Below, in pieces: positions 16,505-26,733 of a stretch of DNA of 64,000 nt (position 1 is its first letter; every line of letters begins with the position of its first letter). Both the position numbers and the translations under genes were made by a program. The DNA lies in the NCBI GenBank assembly GCA_030704665.1, contig JAUYID010000009.1, positions 857,702 to 921,701 of the forward strand, in the 5' to 3' direction. The DNA comes from a bacterium. Lineage in GTDB: Bacteria; Patescibacteriota; Microgenomatia; Woykebacterales; RBG-16-39-9b. A model generated the notes under the pieces. It was not told the DNA's origin and did no database searches. It saw only the letters and a program-made list of their open reading frames with translations.

Positions 16505-17401
16505 TTAGAATCCCTTTTCTTTAAGTCTTTGTTCAATGTCGCTGATTGATTTTGCGCCCATATTTTTGAGTTTAACCAACTCTTCTTTGGGGGTTTCAAT
16601 GAGCTGGCCGACAGTATTAATATCGGCATTTTTCAACGAATTCGTAATTCGGGTCGAAAGCTCTAGCTCTTCAATCAAAGCTTCTTGATCAATTTTTGGT
16701 TTCGGTGCAGATTCTTTTTCTTTTTTAGCACTTTTCTTCTGTTCAACCAAAACATTGAAGTAGCTGGTCAGGATTTTCGCAGCTTCTTTCACTGCCTCTG
16801 CCGGGCTTACAGTTCCGTCTGTGGCGACATTCAAGGTCAGTTTGTCAAAATTGGTAATTTGTCCGACACGAGTGGCCTCAACTTTGTAATTTACCTTGCT
16901 TACTGGAGTAAAGGTTGCGTCCAAAGGAATGGTGCCAATACCCAAAGACCTTCGATCCTCAACCGGAACGTAACCAATTCCCTTTTCAGCTGTCAGATCC
17001 ATCTCAACTTTGGATTTGGTATCCGAAAGTGAGGCGATGTGTTGATCGGGGTTGGTAATTTTTACTCCCGCCGGTAATTTAATATCGGCAGCAGTAATAT
17101 CCTTGGGTCCTTTTACTTCCAAAGTGAGCTTGACTGGCTTGTCGGAATCTATCTGCAAACGGATTTTCTTTAAGTTCAAAAGTATCTCAACTACATCCTC
17201 CTTAACACCCTTGATAGTCGAATACTCATGGGCAACACCAGCTATTTTTACTTGAGTAATCGCCCCACCGGGAAGCGAGGAAAGCAGGATACGACGCAAA
17301 GAGTTACCCAAGGTCATACCATAACCTTGTGGAAGTGGCTCGACAACGATTGAGCCGTCTTTGCTACCACCTTCTTGGTGAATTTTAACTTGGTCTACCA
17401 T
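16505..17401 (-). CDS. rpoA: RNA polymerase alpha subunit
   Basis: EPLPQGYGMTLGNSLRRILLSS; alpha-CTD. Confidence 0.98.
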   Translation of the reverse strand: MVDQVKIHQEGGSKDGSIVVEPLPQGYGMTLGNSLRRILLSSLPGGAITQVKIAGVAHEYSTIKGVKEDVVEILLNLKKIRLQIDSDKPVKLTLEVKGPKDITAADIKLPAGVKITNPDQHIASLSDTKSKVEMDLTAEKGIGYVPVEDRRSLGIGTIPLDATFTPVSKVNYKVEATRVGQITNFDKLTLNVATDGTVSPAEAVKEAAKILTSYFNVLVEQKKSAKKEKESAPKPKIDQEALIEELELSTRITNSLKNADINTVGQLIETPKEELVKLKNMGAKSISDIEQRLKEKGF

Positions 17402-17456
17402 TTATACCTCCAAAAATAATAATAAACGACCTTTCAAGGCCTCAGCTTAAAGAAGC

Positions 17457-18080
17457 TTATCGACTATAAAACTCGACAATCAACTGTTCGTTGATGTCAG
17501 CACCAATATCTTCTCGGCTGGGCAAAGTTTTGACTCTACCAACCAAGGCCTTGCGTTCCAACCATTCGGGAACACTGTCTTTGGTTGCTTCAACAGCCTC
17601 TTTTACCAATTCAAACTTTTGTGCCTTTTCGCTCAAACTAATGACATCTCCGCTTTTGGTTGCGAAGGAAGGAATATCAACCTTTTTTTCATTGACTCGA
17701 ATGTGCCCATGATTAGCTAGTTGTCGAGCCTGTGCTCGAGAAGCAGCCAAACCGAGCCGGTAAACAACATTATCAAGCCTGGTCTCAAGGTTTTGCAAGA
17801 GCGTTTCTCCGGTTGCGCCTTTTTTCTTGGCCGCTGCTTCGTAGTAGCGTCGAAATTGTCTTTCAAGCAGCCCGTACATTCGCTTTACTTTTTGCTTTTC
17901 GCGCAGCTGGATACCGTAATCAGAAACCTTACGTCGACTAGATTTATTACCGTGCTGTCCCGGAGGAACAGCCCCTTTTTTTGAAATTGGATGCTTTGTG
18001 AGACTTCTTTTTCCCTTTAGGAAAAGGTTTGTGCCCTCACGACGATCCAGTCTAAATTTTGGTCCAGTATAGCGTGCCAT
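17457..18080 (-). CDS. rpsD: 30S ribosomal protein S4 (no N-terminal Zn-ribbon Cys)
   Basis: MARYTGP, QLREKQK, LETRLDN. Confidence 0.98.
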   Translation of the reverse strand: MARYTGPKFRLDRREGTNLFLKGKRSLTKHPISKKGAVPPGQHGNKSSRRKVSDYGIQLREKQKVKRMYGLLERQFRRYYEAAAKKKGATGETLLQNLETRLDNVVYRLGLAASRAQARQLANHGHIRVNEKKVDIPSFATKSGDVISLSEKAQKFELVKEAVEATKDSVPEWLERKALVGRVKTLPSREDIGADINEQLIVEFYSR

Positions 18081-18452
18081 TTAAACCCTACGTCTCTTTC
18101 TTGGTTTTGGTCCATTGTGCGGTATCGGAGTGACATCGGCAATTGCTTTGATCGCCAAACCACTATTGCGCAAAGCCCTGATCGCTGCATCCCGGCCCGC
18201 TCCTGGTCCCTTGACATAAACTTCAACGTCTCTAACCCCTGCCTCGTTTAGTTTTCTACTCAAATTCTCGACCGCGGTTGAAGCAGCATAAGGAGTTGAT
18301 TTTCGCGCTCCTTTAAAGCCTGACGCCCCGGCACTACTCCAGGCGATAGTGTTTCCGGTCATATCAGTGACAGTCACCAGAGTGTTGTTAAAACTGGCAC
18401 TGATAAAAACTTTGGCTGAACCGACTTGTTTTCTTTCTTTTGCTTTTGCCAT
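18081..18452 (-). CDS. rpsK: 30S ribosomal protein S11
   Basis: [21 protein letters not shown]. Confidence 0.98.
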   Translation of the reverse strand: MAKAKERKQVGSAKVFISASFNNTLVTVTDMTGNTIAWSSAGASGFKGARKSTPYAASTAVENLSRKLNEAGVRDVEVYVKGPGAGRDAAIRALRNSGLAIKAIADVTPIPHNGPKPRKRRRV

Positions 18453-18874
18453 TATTTAGTTTCCTTTTTTGCCGTTGTGGTGGCGGCCTGTTCCATCTTT
18501 ACCAAAACTTCTTTCTTCATCGCTCCAATTGTTACTCTTTTACCTCGTTTTGTTCTTGAGTTACTTTTTGTTCTTTGTCCTCGAACTGGTAGGCTTTTTC
18601 TATGTCTTAAACCACGGTAAGTACCTATGTCCTCCAAACGGCGGATGTTTTGCCCAACCATTCTTCGCAGGTCCCCCTCAACTGGAATTTGCTCAACTGC
18701 TTTTTGGATCTTGGAAAGCTCTTCTTCCGATAAATCTTTGACTCGCTTGTCTGGGTCGATTTTAGCTGTTTCGACAACTTTTTTGGCCAGCGTCGGACCG
18801 ATACCATAGATGTAAGGTAAAGAAAAAACTATTTTTTTGTTGTTTGGCAGTTCAATTCCAGCTATTCTGGCCAT
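18452..18874 (-). CDS. rpsM: 30S ribosomal protein S13
   Basis: MARIAG start at 18874; [11 protein letters not shown]. Confidence 0.97.
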   Translation of the reverse strand: MARIAGIELPNNKKIVFSLPYIYGIGPTLAKKVVETAKIDPDKRVKDLSEEELSKIQKAVEQIPVEGDLRRMVGQNIRRLEDIGTYRGLRHRKSLPVRGQRTKSNSRTKRGKRVTIGAMKKEVLVKMEQAATTTAKKETK

Positions 18875-18977
18875 ATTTAGCAACCTTTAATTCTATAACT
18901 TCTAGTCTAAAAATATCGACCGTAATACTAATTTTTAGTTTTCCAAAAACAACCTTTTGGTCGATATAATTGCTCAT
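18852..18977 (-). CDS. Putative micro-ORF through repeat copy E1 (41 aa)
   Basis: ATG 6 nt after the rpmJ stop; [41 protein letters not shown]; overlaps the rpsM start; translation unproven. Confidence 0.4.
   Translation of the reverse strand: MSNYIDQKVVFGKLKISITVDIFRLEVIELKVAKYGQNSWN
18914..18966 (-). repeat. Intergenic hairpin repeat, copy E1 (rpmJ/rpsM)
   Basis: TATCGACC...GGTCGATA outer inverted repeat around GTTTTTGGAAAACTAAAAATT core (minus strand). Confidence 0.85.
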
Positions 18978-18983
18978 AGTAAC

Positions 18984-19097
18984 TTAGCCCTGTCGTTGTT
19001 TGTGACGAGGGTTTACACAAATAACAAAAAGCGTTCCTCTACGCTTTACAATTTTACAGTTTATACAACGTTTTTTTATTGATGCTTGCACTTTCAC
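18984..19097 (-). CDS. rpmJ: 50S ribosomal protein L36 (Zn-binding type; below the ORF-track cutoff)
   Basis: Hand translation from GTG: [37 protein letters not shown]. Confidence 0.97.
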   Translation of the reverse strand: MKVQASIKKRCINCKIVKRRGTLFVICVNPRHKQRQG

Positions 19098-19108
19098 AGT
19101 AAACAACC

Positions 19109-19198
19109 TTACTTTCTATGATTTAGTTTAACAGTATCGACCGTAATACTAATTTTTAGTTTTCCAAAAACAACCCCGGGCAGGTTTACAGTAATCAA
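19109..19198 (-). CDS. Putative micro-ORF through repeat copy E2 (29 aa)
   Basis: TTG 2 nt after the infA stop; [29 protein letters not shown]; stops 11 nt before rpmJ. Confidence 0.35.
   Translation of the reverse strand: MITVNLPGVVFGKLKISITVDTVKLNHRK
19135..19175 (-). repeat. Repeat copy E2 (infA/rpmJ), lacking the 5' arm of the outer stem
   Basis: 41 bp identical to 18914-18954. Confidence 0.85.
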
Positions 19199-19200
19199 TG

Positions 19201-19437
19201 TTAACGATCCCGATAGACAATTCTGCCTTTGGTTAGATCGTAGGGTGTGATCTCAACCCGTACTTTGTCACCAGGCAAAATTCGAATGTAATGCATTCTC
19301 ATCTTACCGGCCAAATGAGCCGTGATCACTTTTCCTGCCAACACCTCAGGAGCAGTCTTATCAACTTCCACTCGAAAAAGAGTATTGGGCATATTCTCAA
19401 CTACTTTTCCAGTTATTTCAATATTTTCACTAGCCAT
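19201..19437 (-). CDS. infA: Translation initiation factor IF-1
   Basis: [33 protein letters not shown]. Confidence 0.98.
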   Translation of the reverse strand: MASENIEITGKVVENMPNTLFRVEVDKTAPEVLAGKVITAHLAGKMRMHYIRILPGDKVRVEITPYDLTKGRIVYRDR

Positions 19438-19469
19438 AATTTAGCCTGAGTATTTTAGCAGAAAACTAC

Positions 19470-20213
19470 CTACTGGGTCAACACTACAGGTCCTTTTTTG
19501 GTAATCGCGACTGTTCTTTCAAAAAGACCCGACAAACTTCCGTCACGGCTTGCAATAGTCCAGCCATCCTCTAAAAGAACAACCGGCCCCTTCCCTTGGT
19601 TGTAAATCACCTCAATCGCAATCACCATACCTTCTTTCAGAACCGGTCCAGTCTCCTTCTTTCCAATACCTGGAACCAAAGGATCTTCATGCAAGGCTGT
19701 CCCAACACCATGACCCACCAGCTCTTTTACTACAGAATACCCTGCTTTCTCAACAGTTGTTTGGATGGTTGAGCTGATGTCCCCCACTCTGTTACCAACC
19801 TTTGCCTGGGCAATTGCCTTGTTCAGAGCTTCCTTTCCTGTCTTTAAGAAATTCTGGACCTCTGCTGAAACTCTCCCAACTGCGAAGGTCTCTGCCATGT
19901 CGGAGTGAAACCCTTGGTAAAGTGCTCCAATATCAATTCCTACTATGTCTCCCTCTTTAAAAGCTACCGCAGTGGGAATTCCGTGAACTACCAATTCGTT
20001 TTCAGTCACACAAATACTATACTGATAGTCCTCAACGGTCATGAAAGAGGGTTTTGCACCTTCTTTTTTTATGACTTCCTGAGCGGTCTTGTCAAGAGCG
20101 AGACCCGTCACACCACTTTTAATGTGCTTTTCTATTTCACCTAAAGCTTTGGCGGCAATTCGACCGGCCTCTGCCATAGTTTTTATTTCTTCTTTAGTTT
20201 TCAAATAAGCCAT
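19470..20213 (-). CDS. map: Methionine aminopeptidase type I
   Basis: VVHGIP, DIG..GFHSD, GHGVG..LHEDP. Confidence 0.95.
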   Translation of the reverse strand: MAYLKTKEEIKTMAEAGRIAAKALGEIEKHIKSGVTGLALDKTAQEVIKKEGAKPSFMTVEDYQYSICVTENELVVHGIPTAVAFKEGDIVGIDIGALYQGFHSDMAETFAVGRVSAEVQNFLKTGKEALNKAIAQAKVGNRVGDISSTIQTTVEKAGYSVVKELVGHGVGTALHEDPLVPGIGKKETGPVLKEGMVIAIEVIYNQGKGPVVLLEDGWTIASRDGSLSGLFERTVAITKKGPVVLTQ

Positions 20214-20727
20214 CCAAAACCTTTTCTACTTCTGCTTCTGCTGGAGTGTTGTCTACTTCAAAAAATTTCACTCCGCGATTTTTGTAAAGTTCGATGACTG
20301 GAGTCACTTTTTCTTTGTACCAACCCAACCTCTTTTTGATACCCTCTTCAGTATCATCAACACGACCTCTATCCAACATGCGCTTGAGTGCTTCTGTTTC
20401 AGAAAGGCTAACCATGATGATCAGGTCTGGTTGCTTGCTCATCAGCCCTTCTTGAACCAGGTTTCTCGGCGCGCCGTCGAGAATAAAACCCTTTTCCGTA
20501 TCTGATTCATTTATTCTTTTGTTAACGATCTGCATAGTTAAATCATCAGGAGACAGCCCACCCCGATCATAAAGACTTTTAACGCGCCTTCCTGTTTCAG
20601 AATCTTCCTCTCGGAGTTGTCGAAAAATATCTCCAGTCGCAATAAAAGGTACTTTTAACTTTCCTGCCAAATATTTTCCGATTGTACTCTTTCCGGCTCC
20701 CTGAGCGCCAAAGAGAAAAATATTCAT
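20194..20727 (-). CDS. adk: Adenylate kinase (short-LID type)
   Basis: GAQGAGKST, TGDIFR, ILDGAPR, RGRVDD; between secY and map. Confidence 0.92.
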   Translation of the reverse strand: MNIFLFGAQGAGKSTIGKYLAGKLKVPFIATGDIFRQLREEDSETGRRVKSLYDRGGLSPDDLTMQIVNKRINESDTEKGFILDGAPRNLVQEGLMSKQPDLIIMVSLSETEALKRMLDRGRVDDTEEGIKKRLGWYKEKVTPVIELYKNRGVKFFEVDNTPAEAEVEKVLDGLFEN

Positions 20728-22013
20728 TATCTGTTTAAAAAGCCTTCATAGGATCGCATGATCAACTGCGACTCAAGTTGTTTTGAAGTTTCAAGTATGA
20801 CAGAAATGACAATTAAAAGTCCCGTTCCACCAAAAGCAAGAGTACTTACGTGACTGATATTGGTAATAATAAAAGGCATTACCGCCACAACACCAAGAAA
20901 ACTACCACCAACCAAAGTCAGACGGGTAGCAATAAAGTTTAGGTAGTCTGAAGTTGCTTTTCCGGGACGAATTCCAGGTATAAAACCACCGTATTTTTTG
21001 ATTTCGTCAGCAACTTTGACTGGATTAAAGACAATCGAGGTATAAACGTAAGTAAAAGCTAAGACCAAAACAAAGTAAATACCACTATAAAAATAGCTGC
21101 TATCGTTGAACAAGTCTCTGACAAACTTTGCGATATTCGCGACCTGGTGGTTTTGAGAAGTAGCAAAAAAGGTCCCCAACATCCCTGGGACCAAAATGAT
21201 TGAAACTGCAAAAATAATTGGGATGACACCAGCTTGGTTAATACGAATCGGTAAGTGAGTAGTCTGGCCTCCGTAGAGTCGGTTCCCCCGAATACGACGG
21301 GCGTATTGAATCAAGATTTGCCTCTGTCCTTCATTACCAATGATAACCCCAACAATTAAAATGATTCCCAAAGCTACGACCAAGCCAATGGTAAGAAGGT
21401 TGTCCGGCGTCAAAATCTCTTTGGTTTGCAGCAGAGTAACTGGCAACCGACCAACGATACCAGCGAAAATTAAAATTGAGATACCGTTTCCAATACCTTG
21501 TTCGGTTATTAGCTCTCCTAGCCACATCAACATGATTGTCCCAGCAACCAAAGTCGCCATGATAGTCACCAGTTCGATTAGATTTAAGTTCAGCAAAACT
21601 CCGCCACCTGATCTTTGCAAAAAGACTATCACTCCGTAGGATTGAACAATAGCAATTGGCACCGTCAGGTAGCGCGTGTACTGATTGATTTTTTGTCGTC
21701 CGTACTCGCCTTCTTTTTGTAAAGCTTCTATTTGTGGAACGACTACCCCCAAGAGCTGCATTATGATGGAAGCATTGATGTACGGATTCAATCCCAAGGC
21801 GATTATTGAAAAGTTAAACAAAGTACCCCCTGAGAAAAGATCCAGCAGCTGTAAAATTTGATTTCCACTCACCAAGCTTCTCAAAGCATTAAGATCAACA
21901 CCGGGTATAGGAACGTGGGCTGCTAGGCGGAATAGGACGATGATCCCAAGAGTAAAAAGTATCTTTTGCCGCAGGTCGGGAGTTTTCCAAATGTCGGTCA
22001 GCAGTCTAAACAT
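20727..22013 (-). CDS. secY: Preprotein translocase SecY
   Basis: [31 protein letters not shown]. Confidence 0.98.
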   Translation of the reverse strand: MFRLLTDIWKTPDLRQKILFTLGIIVLFRLAAHVPIPGVDLNALRSLVSGNQILQLLDLFSGGTLFNFSIIALGLNPYINASIIMQLLGVVVPQIEALQKEGEYGRQKINQYTRYLTVPIAIVQSYGVIVFLQRSGGGVLLNLNLIELVTIMATLVAGTIMLMWLGELITEQGIGNGISILIFAGIVGRLPVTLLQTKEILTPDNLLTIGLVVALGIILIVGVIIGNEGQRQILIQYARRIRGNRLYGGQTTHLPIRINQAGVIPIIFAVSIILVPGMLGTFFATSQNHQVANIAKFVRDLFNDSSYFYSGIYFVLVLAFTYVYTSIVFNPVKVADEIKKYGGFIPGIRPGKATSDYLNFIATRLTLVGGSFLGVVAVMPFIITNISHVSTLAFGGTGLLIVISVILETSKQLESQLIMRSYEGFLNR

Positions 22014-22437
22014 GCTCTACTTTCCCTTTGGACTTCTCAATTTCCTTTTTGGCTGATTGTGTAGTCGGTAACTGAATGTTTAGTGCTTTGCTGATTTTCC
22101 CGGCGACAATCTTGATTTTTTTTGTCGCATCGCTTGCGCTTATGATCTTTTTTTCAACAAGAGAGTCTAAATTAACACTGTCTCCGCTGTTGAATATTTC
22201 TAAAGAAGAAAGGCTAACTGCAAGTTTCGACCCCGGTCTTTTGTTTCCGACACCACGTTGGAAAGGCAGACGTTTGATGATTGGCAATTGACCACCCTCA
22301 AAACTTAGCGGTAGTTTGCCCCGGGCTTTTTGCCCTTTCATTCCTCGACCAGAGGTTTTTCCTTTTCCCGAGGACTCTCCACGACCCACTTTTTTGGCTC
22401 TTTTGGAAACTACTTTTCCCAGTTCATGCATTTTCAT
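22006..22437 (-). CDS. rplO: 50S ribosomal protein L15
   Basis: [27 protein letters not shown]. Confidence 0.97.
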   Translation of the reverse strand: MKMHELGKVVSKRAKKVGRGESSGKGKTSGRGMKGQKARGKLPLSFEGGQLPIIKRLPFQRGVGNKRPGSKLAVSLSSLEIFNSGDSVNLDSLVEKKIISASDATKKIKIVAGKISKALNIQLPTTQSAKKEIEKSKGKVEHV

Positions 22438-22988
22438 TTTTTTGCCTCTTTCTTGGTTTTCTTTTCTCTTTTAGCAAGAACAACAGCTTTTTCCCTAACA
22501 TCCGTAGCCGCCTCTGTTTTCTTTTCTTCTTTCTTTTCTTTTTGTGGTACTGCTCGCAAACTTTTCAATGCTTCGAGTGTTGCATAAACATTGGAGGCTT
22601 TGTTTGAAGTACCCAAGACCTTGGAAAGGATATCATGAATACCTGCTGCTTCCAGTACAGCGCGGGCAGCCCCGCCGGCGATTACTCCGGTGCCTGGGTA
22701 AGCAGGTTTGAGAAGTAGTTTGGCGGCTCCAGTTTTTATATAAACTTCATGAGGAATAGTCCCGTCCACCATTGGCACTTCAATCAAGTGCTTTTTCGCG
22801 TAAGCAACGCCTTTTCTAATCGCTGCCTGGACTTCAGGAGCTTTCCCCAAACCAACTCCAACCCTACCTTTGTTGTCACCAACCACGACTAGGACGGAGA
22901 AGCCGATTTTGTTTCCACCTTTAGTTTTTTTGGAAACACGGCTTACTCGAACTATTTTTTCGCTAAACTCACCTTGTTCGTACATCAT
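22434..22988 (-). CDS. rpsE: 30S ribosomal protein S5
   Basis: [17 protein letters not shown]. Confidence 0.97.
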   Translation of the reverse strand: MMYEQGEFSEKIVRVSRVSKKTKGGNKIGFSVLVVVGDNKGRVGVGLGKAPEVQAAIRKGVAYAKKHLIEVPMVDGTIPHEVYIKTGAAKLLLKPAYPGTGVIAGGAARAVLEAAGIHDILSKVLGTSNKASNVYATLEALKSLRAVPQKEKKEEKKTEAATDVREKAVVLAKREKKTKKEAKK

Positions 22989-23338
22989 TAAAATTCAAGC
23001 CCTCCTTCACGGGCTCCTTCTGCCAAAGCTTTTACCCGACCATGATAAAGATATCCCGAGCGATCAAAAACTACTTTTTTGATCTTTTCCTTCAAAGCTT
23101 TTTCAGCAAGAAGCTTTCCAGCAGCAAAGGCCTTTTCAGTTTTTTTCTGGTTTTTCCCTTCTTTTAAGACCCTATCTCCAACTGAAAGTAGTGTTTTTCC
23201 AACGGTATCGTCGATTAACGAGGCGTAAATATGTGTGTTGGAACGAAAAACATTCAACCTTGGTACCAGGGCGGTTCCAGAAATCTTTGCCCTGATAGCT
23301 GTCTTTCTCTTTAATTTTCTGACAATTTTGCTTCTCAT
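22988..23338 (-). CDS. rplR: 50S ribosomal protein L18
   Basis: [21 protein letters not shown]. Confidence 0.97.
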   Translation of the reverse strand: MRSKIVRKLKRKTAIRAKISGTALVPRLNVFRSNTHIYASLIDDTVGKTLLSVGDRVLKEGKNQKKTEKAFAAGKLLAEKALKEKIKKVVFDRSGYLYHGRVKALAEGAREGGLEF

Positions 23339-23340
23339 CT

Positions 23341-23889
23341 TTAGGCTCCAGTTCCTACTTTTCCGGCCTTACCAGCCTTACGACGGATTTGCTCACCCTC
23401 ATATTTAATTCCCTTGCCTTTATAAGGTTCTGCTGGCCGGACTTTGCGGATTTTTGCGGCTACCTCACCAACCAATTGCTTGTCTATCCCTGATACAGTA
23501 ATTTTGTTTTCTTTGACCAAAAAGACGATCCCTTCCGGTGGGTCTATTTCAACTTGGTGGGAATAACCAACTGAAAGAACTAATTTCTCTCCTTGCAAGG
23601 TGGCCCGAAAGCCAACTCCGGAAAGCTCGAGTGTCTTTGAAAAACCCTCAGAAACCCCTTGAACCATATTGGCGATCAAGCTACGTATCAAACCATGAAG
23701 TGCTTTGACTCTTTTCTCTTCACTACCAACACTTACTTTGGCAGCACCTGTTTCAACCTCGACTTTGACTTCAGAAGGAACTTTCTGCCAAAGCTCTCCC
23801 TTTGGCCCCACAACACTAACACCACCTCGATCAAGGCTTATTTGTACTGCACTAGGTATTACCACTGGTTGTTTGCCAATTTTGCTCAT
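23341..23889 (-). CDS. rplF: 50S ribosomal protein L6
   Basis: [16 protein letters not shown]. Confidence 0.97.
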   Translation of the reverse strand: MSKIGKQPVVIPSAVQISLDRGGVSVVGPKGELWQKVPSEVKVEVETGAAKVSVGSEEKRVKALHGLIRSLIANMVQGVSEGFSKTLELSGVGFRATLQGEKLVLSVGYSHQVEIDPPEGIVFLVKENKITVSGIDKQLVGEVAAKIRKVRPAEPYKGKGIKYEGEQIRRKAGKAGKVGTGA

Positions 23890-24282
23890 TTACCAACCCT
23901 CACAAATTACTTCTCCCCCGATACCCATCTTTCGCGCTTCCGCTCCAGACAAAATACCTTTTGGGGTACTCATGATAGAAAATCCCAGGCCACTCAAAAC
24001 TTTTTTAATCTCTTTTTTGCCTCGATAGGTTCTTAAACCTGGTCTTGAAACTCTTCTGATTTTGGTCAGAACAGGTTTTCCGTCTTCGTATTTAAGTTGA
24101 AGATCGAGTTCTTTAAACTTACCTTCCTTATTTACCTGGACCCCAGTCAAATACCCCAACCCTACCAATTTCTTGGCAACTTCCTCGCGCAGTTTTGAAT
24201 GCGGTACCACCACCTCTTCTTTAGAGGCAGAATACCCGTTGCGGATCGCTGTCAGCATATCTCCAATAATATCTCTGCTCAT
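23890..24282 (-). CDS. rpsH: 30S ribosomal protein S8
   Basis: DMLTAIRN, SRPGLR, GGEVIC. Confidence 0.97.
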   Translation of the reverse strand: MSRDIIGDMLTAIRNGYSASKEEVVVPHSKLREEVAKKLVGLGYLTGVQVNKEGKFKELDLQLKYEDGKPVLTKIRRVSRPGLRTYRGKKEIKKVLSGLGFSIMSTPKGILSGAEARKMGIGGEVICEGW

Positions 24283-24286
24283 AAAT

Positions 24287-24472
24287 TTACCAACTAGCCT
24301 TTACCACACCTGGTAAGTTTCCCTGGTGAGCTAAATTTCTAAAACAAATCCGGCAAAGGCCAAATTTTCGTATGTAGGCTCGAGAACGTCCACAGACCAA
24401 GCACCGATTGTGTTGCCGGGTTGTAAACTTTGCCGTTCTTTTTGATTTTACGATCATTGCTGTTCTTGCCAT
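24287..24472 (-). CDS. rpsN: 30S ribosomal protein S14 (Zn type Z)
   Basis: RCLVCGR...LCRICFR. Confidence 0.97.
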   Translation of the reverse strand: MARTAMIVKSKRTAKFTTRQHNRCLVCGRSRAYIRKFGLCRICFRNLAHQGNLPGVVKASW

Positions 24473-24487
24473 AATTTCTAAATATCC

Positions 24488-24556
24488 TTACGTCCTATCC
24501 TCATTAAATTTAGCAGTTATAGCGACAACCTCTCGGTCTGAATAATTTTTCATCAT
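24488..24556 (-). other. Degenerate repeat copy E6 / micro-ORF (22 aa) between rplE and rpsN
   Basis: TGATG overlap with the rplE stop; MMKNYSDREVVAITAKFNEDRT; plus-strand ACAACCTCTCGGTC resembles E1 ACAACCTTTTGGTC. Confidence 0.45.
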
Positions 24557-25095
24557 CAACTTACCTTTCTGAATGGAAAACCTAGGTTTTCCAACAAACT
24601 CATCGCTTCTTCTTTATTTTTTGTCGTTGTCGTCAGGGTAATTTCCATTCCTGATTGGCTATCCCCTTTGGTGTACTCAATCTCAGGAAAGACTGTCTTT
24701 TCCTTAAACCCTAGAGTATAGTTCCCATTCTCATCAAAACTGCTAGCCGCGATGCCACGGAAGTCACGGACTCGAGGCAAAACAATCCGTGTCATTTTTT
24801 CAACAAAGTCCCACATCCTTTTTCCCCGCAGGGTGACTTTTGCTCCAATCAGCTGCCCTTTACGAATTTTGAATGACGCGATCGCTGCTCGAGCAGCTCT
24901 TAAAGAAGGCTTTTGTCCGGTGATCTTCACCAAATCAGTTTGAATCGCCTCAACTGCTTTTTGATCGGCAGCTACTTTACCAAATCCAACATTAATTGTC
25001 ACCTTTGAGAGTTTGGGCACACTCATTGGGTTTTTGTAGTCAAACTGTTTGGTAAGTTTTTCCTTTATTTCTTTTTCGTAGATTTCTTTTAACAT
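24556..25095 (-). CDS. rplE: 50S ribosomal protein L5
   Basis: ITGQKP, VTLRG, LPRVRDFRG. Confidence 0.97.
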   Translation of the reverse strand: MLKEIYEKEIKEKLTKQFDYKNPMSVPKLSKVTINVGFGKVAADQKAVEAIQTDLVKITGQKPSLRAARAAIASFKIRKGQLIGAKVTLRGKRMWDFVEKMTRIVLPRVRDFRGIAASSFDENGNYTLGFKEKTVFPEIEYTKGDSQSGMEITLTTTTKNKEEAMSLLENLGFPFRKVS

Positions 25096-25099
25096 TTTT

Positions 25100-25405
25100 T
25101 TAAAAACTCTGTTTACATTTTTTGCAAATTCGCAATTTTTCTTTCCCCTTTACTTCAAAACTGACTCTGGTAGGCAAATTGCACTTAGGGCAAACCAAAG
25201 CTACATTACTTATTGCCAAGGGTTTGATGATATCAACTATTCCAGCCTGCGCAACGCCTTTTCTTGATTTCAAATGTTTTTTGTACATATTGATACCGGC
25301 AACAGCTACTTTGGCTTCAGAGGTAAAAACTTTCTCGACTTTACCAGTCTTGCCTTTATCTTTTCCCAAAGTAACTATTACATTGTCACCTCTTTTAATT
25401 TTCAT
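25100..25405 (-). CDS. rplX: 50S ribosomal protein L24
   Basis: KOW motif GDNVIVTLGKDKGKTGKV; CPKC/CKKC. Confidence 0.97.
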   Translation of the reverse strand: MKIKRGDNVIVTLGKDKGKTGKVEKVFTSEAKVAVAGINMYKKHLKSRKGVAQAGIVDIIKPLAISNVALVCPKCNLPTRVSFEVKGKEKLRICKKCKQSF

Positions 25406-25509
25406 TTTCGGGCTCCTAGAAAGAAAGCATCGACCAACATATTAATTTTTACTGTCTGTAAAATTGCACCCTGCTTCTCCGAAACAACCTTCTGGTCGAT
25501 ATAGTTCAT
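25402..25509 (-). CDS. Putative micro-ORF through repeat copy E3 (35 aa)
   Basis: ATG 2 nt after the rplN stop; MNYIDQKVVSEKQGAILQTVKINMLVDAFFLGARK; TGA overlaps the rplX ATG (ATGA). Confidence 0.45.
   Translation of the reverse strand: MNYIDQKVVSEKQGAILQTVKINMLVDAFFLGARK
25428..25501 (-). repeat. Repeat copy E3 (rplN/rplX) with 21-nt internal expansion
   Basis: ATCGACCA...TGGTCGAT outer stem; AAGGTTGTTT and TAAAAATTA core parts kept. Confidence 0.8.
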
Positions 25510-25511
25510 TC

Positions 25512-25880
25512 TCAAACCACCTCTGGGGCAAGAGAAACTATTTTTAAAAACCCTTTGTCTCGAATTTCACGAGCGACGGGACCAAAAATACGAGTCCCTT
25601 TTGGATTGCCCGCGTTGTCAATCACTACGGCCGCGTTTTCATCAAAGCGAACATGGCTACCGTCGGCTCTTCTTTTTTCTTTCTTTGATCGAACCAAAAG
25701 CGCTCTGACAATCTCAGAATCTTTTACCGTTCCGTTTGGATCTGCTTTTTTCACCACGCAGGTTACCACATCCCCAATGCGGGCAAAGCGTTGCCTTGAC
25801 CGTGCGGGTATGCCGATCACCATCAAACTCTTTGCGCCAGAATTGTCGGCAACTTTTAATATACTGCGGTTCTGAATCAT
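25512..25880 (-). CDS. rplN: 50S ribosomal protein L14
   Basis: [19 protein letters not shown]. Confidence 0.98.
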   Translation of the reverse strand: MIQNRSILKVADNSGAKSLMVIGIPARSRQRFARIGDVVTCVVKKADPNGTVKDSEIVRALLVRSKKEKRRADGSHVRFDENAAVVIDNAGNPKGTRIFGPVAREIRDKGFLKIVSLAPEVV

Positions 25881-26125
25881 TTCTTTTCTACCTCTTTTGC
25901 TTGTCCCTCACTAAGGACTTCAATTACTCTGTGGTACTTTAATTTCGAAATTGGTTTGGTTGCTTCGAAACGCACTGTATCTCCTTGTTTTACCCCCAAC
26001 TCATCGTGAACGTGAAACCTTGAGGTTCTCTTCAGACGTTTTTTATAAACGCTGTGGGCAAAAGTACGCTCAACCTCAACTACGACAGTGTTTTTCATTT
26101 TTGTACTGACTACTTTTCCAATCAT
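25877..26125 (-). CDS. rpsQ: 30S ribosomal protein S17
   Basis: [22 protein letters not shown]. Confidence 0.96.
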   Translation of the reverse strand: MIGKVVSTKMKNTVVVEVERTFAHSVYKKRLKRTSRFHVHDELGVKQGDTVRFEATKPISKLKYHRVIEVLSEGQAKEVEKK

Positions 26126-26316
26126 TGTGCGATTTCCTTTTCTCTGGCAGCAGTTAAAATACGGGCCAGCTCTTTTCTCTTTTCTCTGAGCTCATGAATA
26201 TTCTTGAGCTTTCTTTGTTGTTTTTGAACCCCCAGGTTGACTAAAGTTTTTTTACTTTCGTCTGCCAAAACCTTCAATTCTTTTAGATTTTTTTCCGTAA
26301 ATTTAGTTTTGTTCAT
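26122..26316 (-). CDS. rpmC: 50S ribosomal protein L29
   Basis: RKELARILT; position between rplP and rpsQ. Confidence 0.9.
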   Translation of the reverse strand: MNKTKFTEKNLKELKVLADESKKTLVNLGVQKQQRKLKNIHELREKRKELARILTAAREKEIAQ

Positions 26317-26318
26317 TT

Positions 26319-26732
26319 TTAAATCAAGTGCTTTGTTATAAATTTCACTCCTAGAGGAAGCTTTCTGGCCGCCAACCTCATTGCTTCGGCGGCAACTTCC
26401 TCGCTGACCCCACCCATCTCGAAAAGGATAAGTCCAGGTTTGACCACAGCAACATAGCGATCGACCGCACCTTTGCCACTACCCATCCGTGTTTCAGGTG
26501 GCTTCTTGGTGACCGGTTTATCAGGGAAAACTCTGATCCAGATCCTTCCCCCTCTTTTTGTGTAGTGAGTCATAGCTCGACGAGCGGCTTCAATCTGACG
26601 AGCACTCACCCAACCACTCTCCTGTGCCTTCAAACCGTAGTCACCAAACTCTAAACTCGAACCTCGGGTCGCTACTCCACCCATATTACCTCGGAAACCT
26701 CTTCGATATTTCACTCTTTTGGGTTGTAGCAT
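26319..26732 (-). CDS. rplP: 50S ribosomal protein L16
   Basis: MLQPKR start at 26732; QIEAARR, RMGSGKG. Confidence 0.97.
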   Translation of the reverse strand: MLQPKRVKYRRGFRGNMGGVATRGSSLEFGDYGLKAQESGWVSARQIEAARRAMTHYTKRGGRIWIRVFPDKPVTKKPPETRMGSGKGAVDRYVAVVKPGLILFEMGGVSEEVAAEAMRLAARKLPLGVKFITKHLI

Positions 26733-26733
26733 A

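Noticed and set aside
18914-19175. CRISPR array from the 41-bp direct repeats
   Set aside because: Only two adjacent copies, separated by 180 bp containing rpmJ; no cas genes in the window.
22434-22437. Missing rpmD (L30) as a novelty
   Set aside because: rpsE overlaps rplO directly; L30 loss is an established CPR trait.
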